A DNA stretch of 64,000 nucleotides from Monocercomonoides exilis PA203. Lineage: Eukaryota > Protista > Preaxostyla. Under the pieces are notes generated by a model that was not told where the DNA came from, did not search any database, and was given only the letters and a program-made list of their open reading frames with translations. The translations under genes and the position numbers were made by a program. The DNA lies in NCBI GenBank assembly GCA_001643675.2, contig LSRY02000053.1, positions 1 to 64,000 of the forward strand, in the 5' to 3' direction. Shown here piece by piece: positions 24,794 through 37,086 of this stretch; position 1 is the first letter of the stretch, and every line of letters starts with the position of its first letter.

Positions 24794-25630
24794 TGTTTTC
24801 TTGTGCTTTTTGAACCGATAATGTCCCTATTTTCACTTTATTATAGTCCCGAATGTAAATTATAAACCTGAATAAATAGAGATTCATTTTTTGATGGGTG
24901 TTGTGAAGAGTTTCAATGATTTTTGAATTTGATTTTAGGAAAGGAGAATAGCTGAGAGTGTGAAGTGATGTATAATCACTGTGTCTGCCTTTTTTCTCTG
25001 TTGAATTTGATCTTTTTGAGTTTGGACAAGAGAAATATCAGAAAGTGTAGAGTGAGAAAAAAACAAAAGATAAACATTCAAGTTTGTTTTTGGACTTAAA
25101 GTATTTGTAATCTTTTTTGTTTGGAATTGACTATGACACCATGTATTTGTTGTAATAGTTATGCTTTTTATTGAATCTTTTATTGTTCATGCAAATTGGT
25201 ATGGAATTGACAATTGGGGAATGTTTTAATGATGATGTGGTAAAAATATTTTTTTTTAGAAAGTGATGCAACAAGAAAAGAAACTTATTTGTTGTTTTCT
25301 ATTTTCAAGATGATTAATACAATGAAGTGCTATTGTTATTTATGTGTTATGTTGTTTTATGATTGTTATCAAATTAGCAATGTATTTATTTTTCTGTTTT
25401 TCTTATCACTGAATATTCGTCAACTGTTGTTGAAACTCAACAATGAAGATATTGATATCAAAACAGTTATATATTGAATAGAAGAATAATAATAAGCATG
25501 TTCATTCAAAAATAAAACATTTTTAAAGAGACAAAAATTTCAATGATATTTTTCTGATATGAGGTGTTAATTCAATGAAATATGAAAAAATTAATTTTCA
25601 CCTCATTTGAACTAACAAAATTTAATCACG

Positions 25631-26024
25631 ATTTTCTGATGACTTGAAAGCATTATTAAAGCAATAATATTCACAAATTAAATGAATAATATTCAAACAA
25701 ATATCACATTCCCAAAATTAATGATCATAATAAAACCAAATTATTTGTGCATTTTGGTCAACATTGAAAGTCACTTTTTCTGTACTTTACAAGCTGAAAA
25801 TATCATTTTATGCTGTTTTAAGCAAAAAAATAAAATGACCAAAACGCCCATGATCTTATTAATATATTTTAAAACATTCTAAATTCTTGATCATAAGTTA
25901 ACCAAATTATTTGTGCGTTTTGGGCAAAAGTGGAGGAGGACTTTTCAACACCAGATAGTTGTTAAATATCATTTTATGTTGTTTCGATCAAAAAAAATGA
26001 AATGCCCACAACGCCATGATCTTT
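25631..26024 (-). repeat. Right TIR of the USP-transposase element
   Basis: Exact reverse complement of 20120-20513. Confidence 0.95.
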
Positions 26025-26499
26025 TCAATTTATAAAATATTTTTAAGTGAAATGAAGAAAGACTATCAATTTGAAGATATTGCATGCAATTGATGAATAT
26101 TTGATTTGACCGTTTAAAAAATATATTGTTAGCTTGCAAAATATATAAGAAGTGTGCTTTTTTTCGTGTGTTCACTCCAATTATTTCTTCATTTGAACAA
26201 TTCATTTTCTGATTATCTCAATTTCTTATTTTATTTGTTTTTTATGAAAACAGTTCATCATTTATCTATTTTTTTTGAAAAAAGGTGCGCATTATTTCAA
26301 TGAGTTTAATGGAACACCTTTCTGAAAAAACTGCTTTTTCTTTTTGTGTTGTTTGTTGTTCAAAGGGCTTTTCACTCTCTTTGATTATCATCATCAACAA
26401 CAACCAACCCCAAATTATCAACAAGGGAATCGCTTTAAAAACTTCTGTAAATGCTTCTCCATCCAATCATCATTCATCAGGCTCGAAGGAGTTGGCTGA

Positions 26500-28930
26500 T
26501 TCAAAAATTCACTGAACCGAAAACAATGCAAAGTTTCACGGTTTATGTGAAACACAAAACATCCACAAGATCATAAAGAAGTTTCTCGAGATCACATACG
26601 AAAATGAGAAGATCATACAAGCGTGATCATGCAAATTCAAGTGAAGATCGCCAGAACACCAAAATCTACTGGATCTGATAGAATTCAAAGAGCAGTGAAA
26701 TAATATTGTTCTTCATCTGTTTCATTGTCTTTTTCCTCCACCTCCTCTTATTCTTTTTCGTTATCGTTTTTGTCATCTTTGATATTTTTCTCTTCATCAA
26801 AGTGGGATTAGATGTGAAAGCCGCCTCCACTGTTGGAAAAAGACATGTATTACAAGCACAACTCCATCGCAACTTTCTTTTTTCAATTTTTTTTATTCCA
26901 ACATTTTTTAAGGGAGCATACTCAAAAACCGCAGAGGCTATAGGCATATCTGCGTACGACAGGAGGCTCAATCCAAAGAGAAAAGCGTCAAAGGAATTTT
27001 ACTGGAAGGGCAGCTGCTGGAGACTGTGTGCTTCTTGCAGAGCGAAATAAAGCGCGTTGATTTTTCTCAGTTGGTAAAGGGGAAAGCAGAATTCGAAAGA
27101 CAAACTTCATATTTTGCACTCAAATCAAGTTTGTGTTCATACGCGATTTCTGATCGGGTCTACAATTTCTACGATCACGAAAGAGTGTTCATGAGCCCAT
27201 ATGACGAAATGACTGCGATACAACGTTCTGTTTCAAATGAGCCTTGCCTGACTGACACGGAACCCTCTGTCATTTCTTCAGAGCCCCAAAAAAGAATTAG
27301 AATAAGTTGTAGATTCGAAAAGAGAAGCGTTGAGACAACAATCCACAAGCTCATTGCAGAATCTTCCAATCTGCAAGACGTTGAGTTGACTGTGCCGTTT
27401 GCATGGCATGAAAGCCCTGAGCCGCTCGATGAGTTACTCGCTCAAACATCGAAAGAGAATGCAACAGCATAAAATGCGTTGCCTTTTGCATCATTATTAT
27501 CAACAGCATCTACTGTTTCCTCGGAGCCCGGTTCTGCATCCTCCTCCTGCCTCTATTCCTCCTCACTGTAGCAGCAGCTTGTCTCCTCTCTCTGTCTTCT
27601 TTATGATGATGATCACGCTTCTCTACTACTCTTCAAAGCAACACTAGCTGGAAGCCTGGGGTGCACTCAAAAATTGTCTGCTACACGCGCTGAAAAAAAA
27701 CGAGCAATGTTCGACTGCTTTTGTCTTTAGCGAATATCCTTTATCTTCTTTTTGTTCATTCGTCTGGGCAGTTTTCATAGAAGGAAAAGATATGGCCGGA
27801 CCTTCTGAGATATTGGTGAAACTCTGAGTTCTCACTGAGATGTGTGTTTAACAGCATTGAGCACCTCCAGTTCCTTAACAAAGTTCACGAATTTGAAGGC
27901 TGGCTGAACGTTGTGACTGTTTGGTGTTATTCGTCATCTTCTTCTTCCTCTTCTTCTGCATCTTTTTCCTGAAACATCTTGCATAATCAACGGCGGTTGT
28001 GTGAGGATCGTTCATTTCCCTTGAGTAATCTTCTGAGTTTCTTCCTCATGCTGTTCAAGTTATTCTGACTACTGCTGCTGGATCTTATTTAAATAGGCGA
28101 AATGAGAATAATTCGGTTAACGACAGCTGCTGTGGTTCTGTGCGAAACGGCAATGTGAGAGATATTACAAACGTGTGAAATGATCTGGTCGTTGTAAGGC
28201 GATTCAGAAGGACGGAAAAGAGTGGAAGAAAACAATCTGTTAATCACAAAGGATTCACAATTGGAGATGGAGTACGATTGTTGATGTGGGTTGGAGGTTA
28301 AGGAGAAGAATGAAATGGAAAAAGATGCGGAAAATGTGAAGAGTGAGAAAGAGACTTCAGAAGGAGGAATGGATGAAGTCAATAGCAGAATGAATACAGA
28401 AAAAGAGGAGGCTGAAATTAACGTAGTTGATGGATTTGATTGTAACATAGGAATGGAAAATAACGAGATTGAGAATGAGAGAGAAGGAGAGATGAATGTT
28501 GAAAGTGGAAAAGTTGAAAAGAAAGGAAAAGAAGTGAAAGAAAGAGACCAAACTTTTTTTCATCAAAAGGATAGATGAAATGAATTAAAGACGAAGATGA
28601 AGACAAAAGAGAAAGAAGAGTTTCACTCGTCGCAAGTTTGCACTTTCGACACAAGACTTACACAGGCATCAACAGAAAGGAGGAGGTACATGGGAATAAA
28701 AGGAGGAGGTGATATTGAAAATGAACAGCAGCAGACATTTTTTTCGTTTGACAGCGCACTCTCATCTGCCAAGCTGCACACTCAAAACATCACAGCATCC
28801 TCAACATTTGCTACTCCTCCTTTTTCTCCCTTTCCACACACACAATTGTCTGCCCCTTCTGTTCTTGTTGGAACTCCGGCGAAGCCACCAATTCCTTCAT
28901 TTTCTGCAACAGACTCTTATTAGCTCTTGC
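26500..28930 (+). pseudogene. Fragmented hypothetical gene(s), low complexity
   Basis: Plus-strand ORF pieces 26706-27050, 27026-27472, 28291-28578 and 28597-28923. Confidence 0.3.
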
Positions 28931-28982
28931 TGAAGTCGCTCTTAGCACAGAACATTTCTTAAACTTCTTTTTCTCTTTTTGC

Positions 28983-30570
28983 TCAAATATTTACATTCTT
29001 GCGGCTTTTTTTAAGTGCTGTTCTTGGGAAGAAGATATTTTGCAATCTGAAAATGCTTGGAAGCAGGAACATCCGGACCATAGGCGATGTATTTGAGTGA
29101 CAGTGAATTGTGCTGAACAACTGTGCATATGTTACAAGCGGATTCATGAAAGCGATGTTGAGTCCACCGGCATCGGAGCAGACGAAGTTGCTGTGGGAGA
29201 AGTGGTAATTCCAAACGGCAAGGCTGTTGTTTGTTAACTCACAGTTGTCGGCATGCGCGCAACTGCTGATCTTGGAGAGCAAGATGTTAATGAAGAAGGA
29301 ATTCATCATTCTAAGGGAGCTTCATGACAAATTTGACGTTGAATAAGAAGAATAGCGCTGTCTGCTTTAATGGAGAGATCTGTTGCGAGAGATTTTCAAC
29401 GGAGTTGCCAAATCCAATGTCAAGCACGTGCAAGGCTGTGAAGTGCCGAAGAAGATATTGAAATAAGAGAGAAAAGATTGTACTGGGAGAAGTGGATGTG
29501 CTATTCTGAGAGAGAAAAGATACAGAAAGATGTATGGAGGAATCCGTCGAAAATGTGAAAGACTGAAAAGTTGATTGAAGCGAAGGAGGAGTGGAAGGAG
29601 GAGTGGAAGGAGGTGAAGATGCAGCTGTTGCAAAATGCAACATCATTGAGCTGGAAAATACAAAGTGAACAAAAACACGATTGTTCGAGTTAGACCAAAT
29701 TCGAATATTGGATAGGCAATTTTGGAGGAAGATATGGATAAAAATTGCGGAGAAGGAGAAATAGAGGCCTAGCTGTGAGTAGCATAGCTTGGTGGAGGAG
29801 TCTGTGTCTTTGCAGAGGAATATCCTGTGGGTGCGGAAGAAAAGAAATGAAGGGCAGGATGTTAAAGTCGTGATCGTGATCGGTGTGAGAGGAATCAGAG
29901 CTTCAATTGGATGTGCTCGCAGCAAGAGAAGGTTGGGTGAACTCGATGGAAAAGAGGGACTCATCGATTTAGGCTGGGATATAGGAGCTCCGGAGAAAGA
30001 GTTCCTTTCCTCGGAAGGCGTCGCTCAAGACGAAGCGGATGTTGAGAACGGAGACAGGGATTGGAGGAGCTTTAGCGGAGACGATGCAGTCTTTAAAGAG
30101 GTAGTTTTCTTCGGTCGACATATCGCTCACATAGATGGTGAACACACACGTCTCAACAGCACATTCCATTGCACATTCGCACTCAGCATTTCACATAAGA
30201 GCTGGCCCCTTGCATAAGAGCGTAATGTGGCCTTGTTTGTACATTCTCGTCTTAATACTGTTCTTGATTCTGATTCAGGTTGCCTCAAAGCAGTTGAGTC
30301 GGTCAGAGCAGACGGGAAGACTGCCACTAGTGAAGAATCAGCGAAGAAAGAGAAAGCAAATAGATGAGATACAAGTACAGTGAAAGTGAATGTTGCAGCC
30401 ATGTGGAGAAATAGGCCATTCAAGGAGACAGTGGAGATGGAGTTGGATCAATGGGCACACCATTGACTTCTTCTTCAATCATCGCAAACGAAAGGAGTGT
30501 TTGCAGAGTCTGTATGGAAAATGAACAGCCAGATAAAAGATAAACTCAGCTTTCAAGCAAGTCTATGCAT
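28983..30570 (-). pseudogene. Degenerate member of the lineage-specific Ser/Pro-rich surface-protein-like family (paralogues at ~50100-52010 and ~62085-64000)
   Basis: Shares SSPPSTPPS...FSTDSS...QQISPLKQ(T/I)ALFF motifs with 50491-51381; multiple frameshifts. Confidence 0.55.
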
Positions 30571-31625
30571 AAGATGTGGATGATGGAGAATAAAAGAGAA
30601 TTGCTGTTAAGCAAAACATTTTTAAGTGAAAAAAACAGAAATTTTCGTATTTCTTCTCATTTTCTTAATTTTTTCTTAGTTATTTTTTTAACTTTGATCA
30701 ATTTATTTAGAAAACTTCTCCAAAGAATTAATTGTTTTTTAATAATAATTCATTATAAATTGTTGTTTATCCAATAAATGTCTTGTATAACTATCATATT
30801 TTTCTATGTGAAATTTTGAAAATTGTTCATTTTTTACTAAAGTTTAATGATCTTCATCAGCAATTTTTTAAATTCTTTTCAATAACATAATTTGACAATA
30901 TTTGAATAAGAAATAGATTAATAACGTATTGAAACAATCATTATCATGCTTTTCAAGCAAGATAACTTATGTTTCATTATGTTCATTGAATTTTCGATAT
31001 TTTTTTAAGAAATTATTTTTATTTCTCGATATTTGAAATGAAATCACTTGGAAACAAATTGAAATCAACAAATAAATAAAAACAATAATAATTTGAGCAA
31101 AATATTTGTGAGATCATCACTTTCTTTTTTCTTATCAACACCACCCTTAATGAAAAAATTTTTTGATCAAACGTCGGAATTTTTTATGATATCAAAAAAA
31201 ATCACCCATTTGTTAATTGTTGATTTTTTTCAGCCTTCTAAAAAATGGTCCAATTCAGACCAATGCCTCAGTTTTTCTTTTCTCCTTTATTGCTCCCACT
31301 CTTTTTTTTTTAATTTCTTCGTAACGCCATCCTTTGGTTAATGTTTTGCCAGTAGCTTTATCTGAATCAGCTCCTCCTTCACTAAAAAAATAGCATTTCT
31401 GAATTCAGGAGTTTTTTCAGTGGTCGCTGCTCTGGTACTTTCTTGTGAGTGCAGTTTGATGGGTAATCAGAAAAAGGCATTTATTATGATTTTAGTTCAA
31501 ATAATATATAGCAAAAAAATATATGGATATTTTTTTCCAAAGGAAAAACACAAATTGAAAATGAAAGCAAAAAAAAATGTTTAGACAATGAAGGATCAAA
31601 TAAAAAAATGGTTTTAAAAACTAAA

Positions 31626-31807
31626 TACGGGGCAAAATTTCTGCAATTAAGAAAATAACTGAGATTTATTCCAAACTATTTCCACCTTCACATAATAATA
31701 AGTCTTCAATAACTATTCAAAAAATACAAAAAAACTTTAAAATTGAGAAAATTTTTAGATAATATTAAGTGGAACAAAATTCATAAAGCAAAATATTTTG
31801 TCCCATA
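31626..31807. mobile_element. ~180-bp MITE, family A, copy 2
   Basis: tacggggcaaaatttctgc ... gtggaacaaaattcataaagcaaaatattttgtcccata; inverted relative to 2101-2280. Confidence 0.55.
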
Positions 31808-33711
31808 TGTCTAAATTTCTTTGAAAAGTTCCTTTTGTTTAATTTTTAACAAAAATTAAAAATTCATATTTGGCTCAAATTTTCGTTGGCATACACAAAA
31901 CTTCACTAATGTGGAATCTATAAAAGGATAATGCTATTTCACACATTCGAAAGAAGATTCATAAGCAGAAACAGAAATATGAACAAAATATGTAATTTTT
32001 GATCAAATTAAAAATTTCACATTTGCGACTTAACAAAAAGAATCACATATATGACTTTTTCTTTTATTGACACTTTTTTTGTTTTTGACTGCAAACTTTC
32101 AACAAACGTTGATTTTCTTTTTTCACTTTTACACAATATTTTTACAAAATTTAAACAATTCATTAAAAGTTTGTTTTATTATTTTAGTTTGTTTCTCACT
32201 GAGTTATAGTGTTTTTTATATTCTTAAAAGTCACTTTTCTCAGCGAATCAAGCTTTTCCAAAAAATGTGAAATACAGTTTCATAAACTGTTAACATTAAC
32301 CTATTTGTATTTCAAATCTCAAGTTCTTCATTTATTTATTATGACACTTTTTTCTCATTTCATTTTTTCACAAACATGCAAGTATTAATCTGAAATTTTC
32401 TTTGTTTTAAAAATGAAGTGTTAAAAATAAAAATATGCCATGTAAAATAAAAACTTTAATTATCATCCAAACAAAAATCTGACAATTATTATTCTCTCTA
32501 AATCTAGATCTGGCAAACTTTGTACCATAACAGAAATGTTATCTCGGATCATGCAATTTTTGTACCATTTGCCAGATCAAGATTTAGAGAGAATAATAAT
32601 TGTCAGATTTTTGTTTGGATGATAATTAAAGTTTTTATTTTACATGGCATATTTTTATTTTTAACACTTCATTTTTAAAACAAAGAAAATTTCAGATTAA
32701 TACTTGCATGTTTGTGAAAAAATGAAATGAGAAAAAAGTGTCATAATAAATAAATGAAGAACTTGAGATTTGAAATACAAATAGGTTAATGTTAACAGTT
32801 TATGAAACTGTATTTCACATTTTTTGGAAAAGCTTGATTCGCTGAGAAAAGTGACTTTTAAGAATATAAAAAACACTATAACTCAGTGAGAAACAAACTA
32901 AAATAATAAAACAAACTTTTAATGAATTGTTTAAATTTTGTAAAAATATTGTGTAAAAGTGAAAAAAGAAAATCAACGTTTGTTGAAAGAAGGCCTTTGC
33001 GACACACTGACTTTGTTAAACGGAAACGACAATCCGACCGACAGGGACGTTCAAAACTCTTTTGAGACTTTTCAATTTGGAAAATTTTAAAAATTGGAAA
33101 ATAATTTATTTCAAATATTTTTTTAACTCCATTTATTTTGAGAATTTTAAAAATGAATAATAAAACATGAAAATGCAAAAAGAATTTTTTTGTTGTCAAA
33201 TCGACAGATCTTTTCGACTTGATCATGTCTAGATCAGTCTGTCTGTCAAGATCAGTCGGTTTGTCGAGATCATTTGAAAAATGAGTGAAATGAATCTAAA
33301 TGACTTTATTAAAGAATTGCCGATAGAATTACAAAGATGCTTGTCAGCGAAAAATATTGTTTGGCAATTTTATTTTATCCCAGCATGTATAATAATTTAT
33401 TTTTTAATTTAATTCATCTTTGTAGCTTGAAGCATTTGAAAGAAAAGTTGAGGAATTAAAAAACAATGAATGCACATTCGTGGAATTAATAAGAACAAAA
33501 TCTTTCGATGGCGGTAATTGTATGTTTCATATTAATTATCACTCAGATTAATTTGCATTTTTCTGCTTTAAAACAAGTCTACAAGCACCCAAACAATACT
33601 GGAGAAGAAATTGGTAAAATTCACTTTGAAACTTTCGATGGAAAGCTTTGGTTGGCATATACTCCTGTCAAGATGGATGGATCATAAAAAAAAGATGGAC
33701 ACATTTATTTC

Positions 33712-36267
33712 TTGTGTCCAAACAGTAAACACGGTATAAATTGTGCCATCTCCGGAAGAAAAGGATGTGACAAAGTTACAAATCATCGATGCGCATTGAC
33801 GACTACATCTTCTATTTTGCCATATTTCAAGTTTCATCCATCTTCTACAAGATTTTCTGAAGTTCCTTCAAAAAAAATAGTTCCAACTCATTTTCAATTT
33901 GATTCATTAATTGAACATTTTTTGCGTTTAATTGGTCATTGCAATATTGCGTTTCTTTCTGCTTACTCCAATGAATTCAACAAATATATTACTTCTTTAA
34001 TTATCACTTCCCAACAAAATCCAACTCTTTCACCGACAACCATATTTCCTACTCTCACATATCGTAAGCTAACATCACTTATTCATGAAGAAGGTAAGAA
34101 AAGAATTGCCAATAGAAATACAAAGATTTATAATTCAATGGTTGGCGTCATGATGGATGGAGGTGTTGTAGCAGGAAAAAAATACACTGTCATCACATTC
34201 GTTCCGTTGCAAACAAAGGCATCTCCATTTTTCTGGAAAATTGAAAAGGCGTGCTTCACAACTTCCGATTATTTTCATCTTGCAAATGAAATTATAACAG
34301 AAATAGCTGACTTGAAAGGAGAGGTGCGCTGTTTTTGTACGGATGGCTTGCTGCCACAAAAACTCGCAATTCAAAGCTTTGCAGATCAAACAAAGTCGAC
34401 CTCAATCACAGAAACACGGAAAAAAATTACTCCTCTATTTGTTTACTGCTGCAACCATTTGATTAATTTAATTGTCACACGCATATTTAAGGATAATTCA
34501 TTTTTCGTGCAATTAAAAGAAGAAATAACGTCATATTCAAAAATTTCCAGAATTGAGTCCACAAAAAATCCATTTTTACCGAAATGCCCTTCGTTCATTG
34601 AATCTAGATGGCTATGTCTTTTTGACATATGTTTTTTTATTACAAAAAATATACACAATATCTCATTTACAGACTATTTCTGCAAAGTCAAAATAGATGA
34701 CGTGATCCGATGTGAATTATTACTAATTCATCTGAAACAACTGCAATTGTTCTTTGAAAAAGACGACACAAAGCTTGGAGATGTGTTTCCAATTATCCTT
34801 AAATCCATTGCGCAATACTTGTGGTTGCAAGATCTTGAGGAATTTTCTTCCCCTGATTGGCAATATGGAGTTTGCTTTATTGTAATCCAACTGTTCAATT
34901 CATTTTTAGGGAAAGAACGAGGAGATCAAATCGCTTTGGCTCATTCCTTAACTCCAATTGGAATCCTTGACTACAGAAACGGTTTGTACTCAAAGTCTTA
35001 TTCGACAGAGTTAATGACATTGAAAGAAAAATACAGATCTTTTAAATGTTCATCAATGTTTTCAAAGGATTCAGATCAAACTCAAATTCAAAGGATGCGT
35101 TGGGATTCATCTATTCAATCTATAAAAGATACAATGCCAAGTGACTCGGTCTTTCTTTGTCCTTCTAAAGAAGTTCCAAATACTGCATCTTCAAAGAATC
35201 AACAGAAAAAGTTACGAACACTTTCTCATGTAATGGAAGATAAAACCAGCGAAAATGAATTTTTTTCAGACAAACAATATGCGCTTTCATTTTTTTCGAA
35301 GAATGAAAAAATTAATTTTCCAACAAATTTTCCTCACCCAATATTCTCTTCTTCATTATCAGTTGAGACTTTTTATTCTGCTCTTCAGTTTATAAGCCCA
35401 GAAAAAGACAGAAAAGCAGAAGCAATTACCGAAACACAAGTTCAACTTCTGCCGCTTCCAAAAGATTTGCACTCTATTTCATCAACTTCACCAACCAACT
35501 CACCAAATAACAGTTTGCTCCATTTATTTGCTCTTTTGATAGAAAACACACTTATCGAAAAAGAGGTTATTACTAATGAAGAAGATATTTTTGGGGAAAT
35601 TGATTTTGACGAAACAGGCATTATTCAAGCAGAAAACGATTCGGCGGATGATGAATATGATGAAGGATCTAACATTTCTGAACGTAGCGAACAGGAATTA
35701 TCAATTTATGAAACAAGAAATAAACACTCACATATTGAAGAAAGTGATTCACAATCAAATTCAGACGAAAAAAAGGAAGATAAATGTTCAGATAATGAAA
35801 AAAGCCTTTCAAAAGATGATAATGATGTTGAAGAACTCGGCGTGAATGAATTTATTATCACAGTCTGTATGAAGACAACAGAACAAATAAAGAAAGCACT
35901 TTCAAAAATCCAACAATCTATTTGCATGGACTGGTTTCTCCGATTGAAGTTAGCTTTCAATGATTATTTGTCCAAAATTTCTTGTTTGAAAGCTTCAAGT
36001 CATATTGAGAGCATTAGAGCTTTATTTTCATCAATGTTGCTGGATAATGCTCAAAACGTGGATCACACTAATACTCAAATTTTCTATTCTGAAATTTCAA
36101 AGCAAGGAACAATATCAACAATTTTTGCAAACATTTGTTATTCGTTGACGATGTTTCCGTGCAGCGAAGCATCTTGTGAAAGAATTTTCTCTCGCTTGAG
36201 ACGAATTGTTGGAGATAGAAGGTACTCGCTTGCACCAGAAACGCTCAACGCATTGCTTTTACTGTAG
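33712..36267 (+). CDS. hAT-family transposase; upstream exons likely from ~33290, but an in-frame TAA at 33685 may inactivate it
   Basis: VMMDGG, FCTDG, CCNHLINL (CxxH), ESRW, and the C-terminal dimerisation motif PCSEASCERIFSRLRRIVGDRRYSL. Confidence 0.9.
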   Translation: MCPNSKHGINCAISGRKGCDKVTNHRCALTTTSSILPYFKFHPSSTRFSEVPSKKIVPTHFQFDSLIEHFLRLIGHCNIAFLSAYSNEFNKYITSLIITSQQNPTLSPTTIFPTLTYRKLTSLIHEEGKKRIANRNTKIYNSMVGVMMDGGVVAGKKYTVITFVPLQTKASPFFWKIEKACFTTSDYFHLANEIITEIADLKGEVRCFCTDGLLPQKLAIQSFADQTKSTSITETRKKITPLFVYCCNHLINLIVTRIFKDNSFFVQLKEEITSYSKISRIESTKNPFLPKCPSFIESRWLCLFDICFFITKNIHNISFTDYFCKVKIDDVIRCELLLIHLKQLQLFFEKDDTKLGDVFPIILKSIAQYLWLQDLEEFSSPDWQYGVCFIVIQLFNSFLGKERGDQIALAHSLTPIGILDYRNGLYSKSYSTELMTLKEKYRSFKCSSMFSKDSDQTQIQRMRWDSSIQSIKDTMPSDSVFLCPSKEVPNTASSKNQQKKLRTLSHVMEDKTSENEFFSDKQYALSFFSKNEKINFPTNFPHPIFSSSLSVETFYSALQFISPEKDRKAEAITETQVQLLPLPKDLHSISSTSPTNSPNNSLLHLFALLIENTLIEKEVITNEEDIFGEIDFDETGIIQAENDSADDEYDEGSNISERSEQELSIYETRNKHSHIEESDSQSNSDEKKEDKCSDNEKSLSKDDNDVEELGVNEFIITVCMKTTEQIKKALSKIQQSICMDWFLRLKLAFNDYLSKISCLKASSHIESIRALFSSMLLDNAQNVDHTNTQIFYSEISKQGTISTIFANICYSLTMFPCSEASCERIFSRLRRIVGDRRYSLAPETLNALLLL

Positions 36268-37086
36268 ATGTTTATATTTTTTTCAATAAAACATTCAACT
36301 GCTATAGCTATCTTTTTGCATTTCAGTGAAGAATTCTGAATATATTTGAATCCAAATGAAATTTCTTGACAAACAATGAGGTTTGCCGAACAAAGTTTGC
36401 AATTATAATTTTTCTGAACTGTTTTTGAAACAAACTTTCGATATTTGTCATTAATAGAAGAATCTTATTGTGAATATGTGGAATTGTGAGTTACAAATAC
36501 AAGGTTTGTTAAATATTTTTTCAAATTTCCAATCAACAACTATATTTCAGTGTTCAAATATGTTTGTTCTTATTAATTAATTTATCTACTCCGTTTTCAG
36601 ATGCTTGTAATACACATTGATCCATTTAACAACGTTCGTTGAACTTTTATATTGTGTTCTAACGTTTTTCATTCTTCGGAATGAAGAGCGATGTTCATAA
36701 CTGATAATAATTACAATTCATCATATATTTTTTGAGTAATTGTATTTTTTCATATCGCCAATCAAAAGATAGTTTGTTTGCAACATAAGGGTCTTTTGTT
36801 CATCCAGTTAAATAGTTTTAGTGGATTCAACTTTGAAATAATGCTTCAATTGTTTATTTAAGAATCAGCATTTGAGAAATAATTGTTTTTATATGTAAAT
36901 GATATTAAATAAAGATTCTAATTGGAAATCGCGAATAAAAAATATTGAATACAGATGAGTTCAAAAGAAATAATGAAATTTATCTCTATTATTCGATAAC
37001 TCTCACGAAAAAAGATGATTCACAGGATATGTTATGTTAATGTAAAGTGAGTATTGTTTTTTTTATATCAAATAATTATTTAATTA

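Larger units (their letters stand above)
20121..26023 (+). mobile_element. Autonomous-looking Sola-like DNA transposon encoding a USP-transposase fusion
   Basis: Perfect inverted repeats 20120-20513 / 25631-26024; the same 66-aa spurious ORF appears on both strands. Termini AAGATCATGG...CCATGATCTT. Flanks TCGA / TTCA are not an exact TSD. Confidence 0.9.

Noticed and set aside
33685-33687. Alternative genetic code (TAA/TAG=Gln or TGA read-through) to explain in-frame stops
   Set aside because: Long intact ORFs use CAA/CAG for Gln and TGG for Trp and end cleanly in TAA, TAG or TGA. The stops co-occur with frameshifts, as expected for decay or sequencing error.
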